Assembly (NCBI GenBank): GCA_963767005.1
Contig: CAVYCN010000008.1
Coordinates: 32,001-96,000 of the forward strand
Source: an uncultured Actinomycetes bacterium
GTDB taxonomy: Bacteria; Actinomycetota; Thermoleophilia; UBA2241
Direction of reading: 5' to 3'
Length of the DNA: 64,000 nt
Shown one piece after another: positions 57,348-64,000 of this stretch. Below the pieces are notes generated by a model. That model saw only the letters and a program-made list of their open reading frames with translations, did not search any database and was not told where the DNA came from. Position 1 is the stretch's first letter; every line of letters starts with the position of its first letter. A program made the position numbers and the translations under genes.

Positions 57348-59006
57348 TCAAACTTTCCATGAAACGAGCAACGCAACGACTGCAATAACAATCGAGGCAG
57401 ATGTCAGCCACACTATTAATCTCTGAATCCGAATGTTGGATATCGTCTGAGTAATGTCGCTTGTTACTGACAACTGCGATTGAAGCAATCCAGAGTCACG
57501 TATTAGCTGCGCTGCCCGATCCTTCTGGGACGATTGTAGCGATTTGAGTAGGTCAGGTTTCTCCTTACCAACCACTCTGTTGTACTTCATTTCAATCACG
57601 TCGTGTCGATATGCACGGTCAGACTTGGCGAATGACTTGACCTCGTTAGCTGAGACAGCGATGTCATACAACTCGGCTCGCACTAACGAACGAAGCGACT
57701 TGAGGTCAGATACCGGACGATAGAGATGTCTGCTAGCGGCCTTGTCGCGAAGTGTTGAAAGCATTTCATGGTAGCCATCTAGCGCACAAGAAAGGGTCCA
57801 GCGAACGAGAAGGCCCCGGACGAGCTCGTCTACTCTGTATGCGATGGTCCAGTTCGAAGTCGGGTCAGGGTAGCCGGCATTATCCGCGAAGGCGTCTCGC
57901 CTGCGGCACCCGAATACGAGCCTTAGCCCCTCGTCGTCCCACGTTCTGGGCAGTACAAGTCGCCCGCGAGGCCATTCATCCTCCGACTCCCAGGAATCGT
58001 AGTCCCGATCAAGCGAAAGCCCGTAGAGAGAGCGCATACCGCGTACAGCCTCGGATAGCGGTTCAATGCCCTCGGTCACAAACAGAACGGCTGTCGGGAA
58101 CTCGGAGCCTGAGGCCCTGGACGAAAACACACCTGGCAGGCTGTCTGCTACCCAGGCGGCGCACTTCGTCTCAACTGACTTGACGCGGGAGCGCAGTTCG
58201 CTCCGCCGTATGCGGTCAGGATCGTAGATTGTCTCGCCGGAGTGGAGTCGACCGTTCCACAGGATGAATGAAATGACCTGCCACGGACGAAATCGAGGGT
58301 CATTCTCAGTTCGCGTCCTGAAGAACGCGTGAAGTGGCTCGTTTAGGCAACCCGCCTGTTCTTCTGACAGCATGAAACCCACAACGAGGGCTGTGAGGCT
58401 GGGCGAGATCGACAACAGAACAGGCAGCGCCGCCGTGACTCCATCGGGCAGCGTTGCTTCCCGCTCCCTCATGAATTGGCCAGCATCCGAGGAGACCAAG
58501 CCGAGGCTCGTCCACCCGGCTCTCCGGCCCCGGCGCACATCGCCCATCCACTTCACGAGGCTGTCGCTCCGGGTCCGCCCGTACTCCCATCCGAGACGGC
58601 CTATACCTTCAAGGAGTCCCGCAATAGTCGAGGGTGTGTATAGCTCGGCCACCCAGAGAATGGGAACTTCCACTCGCTCGTCGTCCGGAAGACGGCCACT
58701 CTCGTTGTGCTTGCTGTCAAAGCGCCCCCAAGCGCGGACATCACGCTTGGCCCGCCGCATGGCTCGATACCAAAGAAAGCGATTCGCCGGTCCCCACCTG
58801 GCGAACGCGCGGCCCAATCCTGACTGACGCGGCGATTCCTCGGTCTTCTGCGGCGGTTCGTCGCCTGGCAGCTCCACAGCCTCAGCGCCCTCGGGCGGTG
58901 GGGCACCACTCAAGATGTTGACGTCTGCGTCTTCTTCCGGGGTTCCGCCGGGATCGTTCGGGCCAGGACTGGCTGCCGAGCTTGAGTCAAGCGTCTCGTC
59001 TGGCAT
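57348..59006 (-). CDS. Hypothetical cargo protein with C-terminal coiled coil and single TM helix
   Basis: 552-aa ORF in AT-richer sequence; ends in LIVWLTSASIVIAVVALLVSWKV. Confidence 0.7.
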   Translation of the reverse strand: MPDETLDSSSAASPGPNDPGGTPEEDADVNILSGAPPPEGAEAVELPGDEPPQKTEESPRQSGLGRAFARWGPANRFLWYRAMRRAKRDVRAWGRFDSKHNESGRLPDDERVEVPILWVAELYTPSTIAGLLEGIGRLGWEYGRTRSDSLVKWMGDVRRGRRAGWTSLGLVSSDAGQFMREREATLPDGVTAALPVLLSISPSLTALVVGFMLSEEQAGCLNEPLHAFFRTRTENDPRFRPWQVISFILWNGRLHSGETIYDPDRIRRSELRSRVKSVETKCAAWVADSLPGVFSSRASGSEFPTAVLFVTEGIEPLSEAVRGMRSLYGLSLDRDYDSWESEDEWPRGRLVLPRTWDDEGLRLVFGCRRRDAFADNAGYPDPTSNWTIAYRVDELVRGLLVRWTLSCALDGYHEMLSTLRDKAASRHLYRPVSDLKSLRSLVRAELYDIAVSANEVKSFAKSDRAYRHDVIEMKYNRVVGKEKPDLLKSLQSSQKDRAAQLIRDSGLLQSQLSVTSDITQTISNIRIQRLIVWLTSASIVIAVVALLVSWKV

Positions 59007-59278
59007 GCTATTTCGGCCCCCGACCCCTCCGACATGTCCGCGCGCTGCATTGTCGTTCACTCGGTCGAAGAGCCTATCGCTTTCGTCGAGGCGGGTCACC
59101 GACGCCCCCAATGGGGGCGAGCTGCGCGCTCTATACCGTCCGTTCGCCGACCCCTCGACCACGCCGGAGAGCCGGCCGGCGGCCGTGTGCCTCCGTCACC
59201 TCGACGGCGGGGCGGGCAGAAGAGCCGCTACGAAGTGAGGGCGAGCTGGCCCGGGGGGAGCCCAGAGAATCCGGACTG

Positions 59279-59330
59279 AATCAGCCCGTTACACTTCGGG
59301 GACGTTTCGTTTCTCCCTATCCCCTATCCC
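59279..59330 (-). repeat. Right terminal inverted repeat (52 bp)
   Basis: AATCAGCCCGTTACACTTCGGGGACGTTTCGTTTCTCCCTATCCCCTATCCC. Confidence 0.95.
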
Positions 59331-59344
59331 TGGTGCCGCTTGAC
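59331..59344 (+). repeat. Casposon target-site duplication, right copy (TGGTGCCGCTTGAC)
   Basis: 13/14 identical to 47008-47021. Confidence 0.88.
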
Positions 59345-59368
59345 CACGCCTACCGGCGCGGCTAGACT
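59340..59368 (+). promoter_or_regulatory. Housekeeping-sigma promoter TTGACC-N17-TAGACT for the Rrf2 gene
   Basis: Near-consensus hexamers, 17-bp spacer, 50 bp upstream of the start codon. Confidence 0.7.
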
Positions 59369-59418
59369 CGGTAAGCGGACAAAAACTATCCGACTGGTAC
59401 GCGGACGGTGAGCGCGAC

Positions 59419-59856
59419 GTGGGACTGCAGCTGACTCGGGGAGGCGAATACGCCATCAGGGCGATGAGCTACCTCGCCCTGCGCCCGGTCGGCGAGATTC
59501 GCGCGCTGCACGACGTCGGCGCCGAGCGGGACATCCCCGAGAGCTTCCTCGCCAAGATCTTCCAGAGCCTGGTGCACGCCGGGCTCGTCACCTCGCAGCG
59601 CGGCGCGCACGGCGGCTTCGCACTCGCGCGCCGGCCCGAGGATATCACCGTCCGACAGATCGTCGAGGCCGTCGACGGTCCCATCGCCCTGAACGGCTGC
59701 GTGCTGTGGCCCGACGACTGCCGGCGCAGCGGCACCTGCCGCATGCACGAGGTCTGGGTGCTCGCCCAGGAGCGCATGATGGAGGTCCTCGAGCAGGTCA
59801 CGCTGGCCGAGCTCGCGCCGGCGCCGGCGGCGGTCGCCGCACCCGCTCCCGCCTGA
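59419..59856 (+). CDS. Rrf2 family transcriptional regulator
   Basis: EYAIRAM, IPESFLAKIF, SQRGAHGGFALA, three Cys (C-x6-C-x5-C). Confidence 0.92.
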   Translation: MGLQLTRGGEYAIRAMSYLALRPVGEIRALHDVGAERDIPESFLAKIFQSLVHAGLVTSQRGAHGGFALARRPEDITVRQIVEAVDGPIALNGCVLWPDDCRRSGTCRMHEVWVLAQERMMEVLEQVTLAELAPAPAAVAAPAPA

Positions 59857-59898
59857 CGCGCGGTCGCGGTCCGTCAGGGCCGCCGGTCGCGCCTGGGC

Positions 59899-60894
59899 CT
59901 ACTCCTCGCCCGCGTCCCTGTCGCCGTAGCCGCGCGGGTGCTCGCGCATCCAGCGCCAGGCGTCGGCGACGATCCCTTCGAGGCTCGCGCGCGGCTGCCA
60001 GCCGAGCACGCGCCGGGCGCGCCCGTTCGAGGCCACCAGCACCGGCGGGTCGCCGGCGCGCCGCGCCGCCGTCTCCTCTGTCAGCGTACGCCCGGTCGCC
60101 GTCTCGACGGCGCGCAGCACCGCGCGCACCGAGCTGCCGCTGCCGGTGCCCAGGTTGCAGGCGCCGCTCGCGCCGGGCAGGCGTTCGAGGGCGGCGACGT
60201 GCGCTGCCGCGAGATCGCTCACGTGGACGTAGTCGCGCACGCAGGTGCCGTCGGGCGTGGGGTAGTCCCCGCCGAACACACGCTGCGGCGTGCCGTCGCG
60301 GGCGGCGGCGAGGGCGAGCGGCACGAGGTGGGTCTCGGGCTGATGGTCCTCGCCGCGCACCCCGTCGGCGCCGGCCGCGTTGAAGTAGCGCAGGGCCATG
60401 ACGGCGAGGCGGCCGCCGCTCGCGGCGGCCGCCTCGCCGAGCAGCCGCTCGGCGGCGAGCTTGCTGTCGCCGTACGGGTTGGTCGGGGCGAGGGTCGCGT
60501 CCTCGTCGATCGGCACGCGCTCCGGTGCGCCGTAGACGGCCGCCGTCGACGAGAAGACGAGGCGCGTGGCGCCGGCCGCCAGGGCGGCCTCGGCCACGCG
60601 CCGCGTGCCTTCGGTGTTCACGTCGTGGTAGCGCTCGGGAAAGGCCACCGACTCGGCGACCTCGGCGAGGGCGGCCATGTGGACGACCGCGTCGCAGCCG
60701 GCCGCGGTCATCGCCGCGGTGAGCCGCTCGCCGTCCCGGATGTCTCCGACGACGAGGGCCGCGCCGGGCGGCACGGCGGTCGCGTGGCCGCGCGAGAGGT
60801 CGTCGAAGACGGTGACGGTGTGCCCGGCGGCGAGCAGCCGGGCGGCGATCACGCTGCCGATGTAGCCGGCGCCCCCGGTGACCATGACGTCCAT
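59899..60894 (-). CDS. galE: UDP-glucose 4-epimerase
   Basis: TGGAGYIGS, FSSTAAVYG, PYGDSK, LRYFNAAGA, TPDGTCVRDYVHV. Confidence 0.93.
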   Translation of the reverse strand: MDVMVTGGAGYIGSVIAARLLAAGHTVTVFDDLSRGHATAVPPGAALVVGDIRDGERLTAAMTAAGCDAVVHMAALAEVAESVAFPERYHDVNTEGTRRVAEAALAAGATRLVFSSTAAVYGAPERVPIDEDATLAPTNPYGDSKLAAERLLGEAAAASGGRLAVMALRYFNAAGADGVRGEDHQPETHLVPLALAAARDGTPQRVFGGDYPTPDGTCVRDYVHVSDLAAAHVAALERLPGASGACNLGTGSGSSVRAVLRAVETATGRTLTEETAARRAGDPPVLVASNGRARRVLGWQPRASLEGIVADAWRWMREHPRGYGDRDAGEE

Positions 60895-60954
60895 GGCGTC
60901 ATGCTATCAAGCATCGTCGTGGAGCGGGCGTCACGCGCCCGCCGGGAGTCAGCC

Positions 60955-61155
60955 TCAGCCACCGCCGCCGGTCGGCACCTCGGGACGCCGCGACGACGAG
61001 CTCGTCGAGGCGTTGGTGAGAAACGGCGAGAGCTTCTGCTTTGTGGTGAACGAGCCGCAGTGCGGACACTGCCGGTCCTCGTCTTTCAGGAAGCCCTGGA
61101 CGAAGACCTCGAAGGGGCGACCGCACTGCAGACAGACGAGATCGTAGGTCGCCAT
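60955..61155 (-). CDS. FmdB-family zinc-ribbon protein
   Basis: MATYDLVCLQCG...FE...CPHCGS. Confidence 0.75.
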   Translation of the reverse strand: MATYDLVCLQCGRPFEVFVQGFLKDEDRQCPHCGSFTTKQKLSPFLTNASTSSSSRRPEVPTGGGG

Positions 61156-61224
61156 CGGCACCTCCGGGCGCATCGATCGTATCTGACGGAAGTATGGCGC
61201 CGCGTGAGGACCCTCGAAACAAAG

Positions 61225-61260
61225 ACGGACCGGGGCGGCCGCACGGCCGCCCCGGTCCGT
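61225..61260 (-). terminator. Intrinsic terminator hairpin
   Basis: ACGGACCGGGGCGGCCG/CGGCCGCCCCGGTCCGT stem followed by CTTTGTTT on the minus strand, downstream of 61309. Confidence 0.8.
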
Positions 61261-61308
61261 TCGCGTCTCAGCCGCGCGGCATGCGCGGCAGAGGGTGTCG
61301 TTGACGTA

Positions 61309-62742
61309 TCAGTAGGCGAACCCCACCATGATCTGGTCGGTGCCGCTGGCGGCCGTCGCGCAGCTGCCCGCGACCCAGACGGTGGTACCGGCCACGGCGA
61401 TGGCGTTCGGCGTGTTGGCGCCTACGTGGCCGCCGCCGTCGTTTGTGCCGTTGCCCCAGAGGGACTGCCAGTAGCCGCCGCCGAGGTTCTGGCTGCCGCG
61501 GTAGAGGAAGATGTCGGTGGGCGAGCCCGCCACACCGACGAGGTAGTAGCCGCCGACACCGTCTGTCGCCACCTGGGCGAAGTACTGGGTGCCCGTACCG
61601 TAGGCCATGATGTTGTCGCCGGCCGGCCACGTGGCGCTGCCCGCCGAGGTGTAGTCCTCGAAGTAGGCGTCACCCGACGCGTCGAGCTGCTCGTCCTCGC
61701 CGGCCGCGATCACGTGCCTGCCCGTGGTGACGGCGATGCCGTTGAACCACTGCGCCGTCGCGTTGCTGGTGCCGTTGGTGTCGGTCACGAAGATCTTGAG
61801 CGATCCCGCGGCCGTGTACCGCAGGATCATGCCGTCGGTGCCGGTGGTCGTCCTGTCGACGCCGCCGCCCACGTAGACGCCGCCGCTCGGGCAGGCCGCG
61901 ATGGCGTTGCCCACGGCGCCGAGGTTGTTCGGCCCAAGGTAGACGCGCGACCACAGGAGCTTGCCGGCCGCCGAGAAGCGGGCGGTGACGGCGCCCCACT
62001 TCGACCCGGAAACCCAGGTCCAGCCGGTCATGTACACGCTGCCGTCCTTCGCGACCAGTACGCCTTTCGGGACGTCGGCGCCGTGGCCACTGCCGATGTA
62101 GATCTTCGCCCAGCGCAGCGTGCCCTTGGCGCTCCAGCTCACCACGGCGATGTTGCTGTACGCGGGGCTGACGACGCCGTTGCACACGCCGACGACCGTC
62201 GCGTTGCCGGACTTGTCGACCGCGAGGCCGAGGGTGTAGTCGATGCGGTGCTTGGGGCCGTTGTAGGTGCGCACCCACACGCGCTTGCCGGCCGTCGTCC
62301 ACTTGATGAGCAGGATGTCGGTGTTGCCGGACGTGTTCGTCGTCCAGCCGGCCGTGTAGAGGTAGCCCTTGGTGCCGAAGGCGACGGCGTAGCCGCCGTC
62401 GCTGCCGTGCGCGGCGCCGCCCCACGTCTTGGTCCACTTCTTCGCGCCGTTCACCAGCTCGGTGAGGCTGAGATCGAGGTCACCCGATGCTTTGCCGATC
62501 GCGCCGGTGACGTAGGTGACGCCGCCCGTCGTCGTGACGACGCCGTTGGCGGTATCGGCGGCCGCGCCGCTGCCGGCGACCTGGACCTGCCACGTCGGCG
62601 TCGCCGTGCCGTCCCAGATCTGCTTGACCGACGACGCCCCAGCGACGGCGGTGAACACGAGACCGGCCATCGCTACCGCCGCGAGCGCGGCGATCAGCAC
62701 GATGTGCCGTCTCTGCAGAACCGCGCGTGCTCTTCGTTCCAT
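61309..62742 (-). CDS. Secreted beta-propeller repeat protein (SBBP/delta-60-like)
   Basis: Signal peptide; repeated G-x-YVTG / G-x-x-x-W-x-x-x-Y-x-G blades. Confidence 0.7.
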   Translation of the reverse strand: MERRARAVLQRRHIVLIAALAAVAMAGLVFTAVAGASSVKQIWDGTATPTWQVQVAGSGAAADTANGVVTTTGGVTYVTGAIGKASGDLDLSLTELVNGAKKWTKTWGGAAHGSDGGYAVAFGTKGYLYTAGWTTNTSGNTDILLIKWTTAGKRVWVRTYNGPKHRIDYTLGLAVDKSGNATVVGVCNGVVSPAYSNIAVVSWSAKGTLRWAKIYIGSGHGADVPKGVLVAKDGSVYMTGWTWVSGSKWGAVTARFSAAGKLLWSRVYLGPNNLGAVGNAIAACPSGGVYVGGGVDRTTTGTDGMILRYTAAGSLKIFVTDTNGTSNATAQWFNGIAVTTGRHVIAAGEDEQLDASGDAYFEDYTSAGSATWPAGDNIMAYGTGTQYFAQVATDGVGGYYLVGVAGSPTDIFLYRGSQNLGGGYWQSLWGNGTNDGGGHVGANTPNAIAVAGTTVWVAGSCATAASGTDQIMVGFAY

Positions 62743-62949
62743 CACGGACCCCTCCTTGAGGCAAGACGCGACGCTCGGGCGCCGCTCGAGTACGTACGAG
62801 TACGATGCTTGCACGTATTACCCTGCACGAGAAGCGGTCGCCGGCGCGCCCCGCCCGCCGCCGCGGGTCGGGCGCGCGTGAGAGCCAAGGGGTCGGGAGC
62901 CAGAGCGCGGCTGGCGCGCCCGTCGCGCCGCCGTCTATGCTTGCAGACG

Positions 62950-64000
62950 ATGAGCGGCGAGCACGGCATCCCAGCCCCGAGCGCGCGTGGCGCGGCCGCG
63001 GCGGCGGAGCTCGCCGGCGTGGTCGCCGGCGAGGTCCGCACCGGCCCGCTCGCGCGCTGGCTGTACTCGACCGATGCCTCGATCTACCGCGTGCTGCCCG
63101 ACGCCGTGCTCATCGCCCGCTCGGTCGACGACCTCGCCGCGGCCGCCGAGGTGGCGGCGCGCCACGAGGTGCCGCTCTGCCTGCGTGGTGCGGCCACGAG
63201 TCTCGCCGGACAGACGCTCGGCGCCGGCATCGCGATCGACTGCTTCCACCTCGACCGCATCCTCGAGATCGACCCCGACCGCCGCGTGGCGCGCGTCGAG
63301 CCCGGTGTCGTGCAGGGCGCGCTCAACCGCGCCACCGCCGCCTACGGTCTCGAGTTCGGTCCCGACACCTCGACCGTCGAGCAGGCGACGATCGGCGGCA
63401 TGGTCGGCAACAACTCGTCGGGCTCGCGTTCGATCGTCTACGGCGAGACCAAGGACAAGCTGCTGCGCGTGCGCGGCGTGCTGGCCGGCGGAGAGCCGGC
63501 CGCGTTCGGGCCCTGCGCGGGCGACGACCTGCGCGCCGGGCTCGGCGGGCCCGGCGGCGCGCGACTGGCGGAGGGACTCACCGCCCTGCGGTCGCGTCTC
63601 GGCGACCGTCTCGCCGGGCGGTGGCCGCGCACCGCTCGGCGCGTGTCGGGCTACAACCTGCCCGAGCTCGCCGGGCCGGCGCCGAACCTCGCTCGCGTGC
63701 TGGCTGGCTCCGAAGGCACGCTCGCGCTGTTCACCGAGATCGAGGTGCAGCTCGACGAGCGTCCCGCGGCGCGGCCTCTCGCCGCCCTGACGTTCGCCTC
63801 GATCCGCGCCGCCCTCGAGGCCAACCTCGCGATCCTGCCGACCGGACCGTCGGCCGTCGAGCTGATCGACCTCGTGCCGCTGCGCGGCTCGCCCAACCTG
63901 CGGCGCTTCTCGCGCCTTGCCCCCATCCTCGACGGCAGTGCCCCGGCGGTGCTCCTGGTCGAGTACCAGGGCAGCCGCGACGAGGGCCTCGCCGGCCTCG
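62950..64000 (+). CDS. FAD-binding oxidoreductase (FAD-linked, likely Fe-S fused; 3' partial)
   Basis: YSTDASIY, RGAATSLAGQ, VEPGVV, TIGGMVGNNSSG, SGYNL, GSEGTLA. Confidence 0.88.
   Translation, partial: MSGEHGIPAPSARGAAAAAELAGVVAGEVRTGPLARWLYSTDASIYRVLPDAVLIARSVDDLAAAAEVAARHEVPLCLRGAATSLAGQTLGAGIAIDCFHLDRILEIDPDRRVARVEPGVVQGALNRATAAYGLEFGPDTSTVEQATIGGMVGNNSSGSRSIVYGETKDKLLRVRGVLAGGEPAAFGPCAGDDLRAGLGGPGGARLAEGLTALRSRLGDRLAGRWPRTARRVSGYNLPELAGPAPNLARVLAGSEGTLALFTEIEVQLDERPAARPLAALTFASIRAALEANLAILPTGPSAVELIDLVPLRGSPNLRRFSRLAPILDGSAPAVLLVEYQGSRDEGLAGL

Larger units (their letters stand above)
47022..59330. mobile_element. Casposon (Cas1-dependent self-synthesizing transposon), 12,309 bp
   Basis: TIRs, TSD, solo Cas1, PolB, HNH, HTH genes and MTase; visibly more AT-rich than the flanks. 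Confidence 0.92.

Overview
High-GC bacterial chromosomal segment; the gene content suggests Actinomycetota, possibly Thermoleophilia-like (inference). The main discovery is a complete-looking ~12.3 kb casposon (47022-59330). It has 52-bp terminal inverted repeats, a 14-bp target-site duplication, a stand-alone Cas1 (casposase) with a Zn-ribbon/HTH tail, a family B DNA polymerase, an HNH nuclease, HTH proteins and a truncated restriction-methyltransferase. It is inserted at the -35 box of an Rrf2 regulator promoter. The second highlight is a ~22.5 kb respiratory super-operon in which cytochrome bcc (qcrC-qcrA fused) and caa3 oxidase (ctaD-ctaE fused) genes sit between nuoA and nuoB of a full complex I operon. 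The third is a dispersed 58-bp double-hairpin repeat family with compensatory base changes (30004, 31256-31429, 34713-34842). The rest is housekeeping, metabolic and signalling genes, including a catalytically degenerate CobB/CbiA-like protein. No CRISPR array, tRNA or rRNA was seen.
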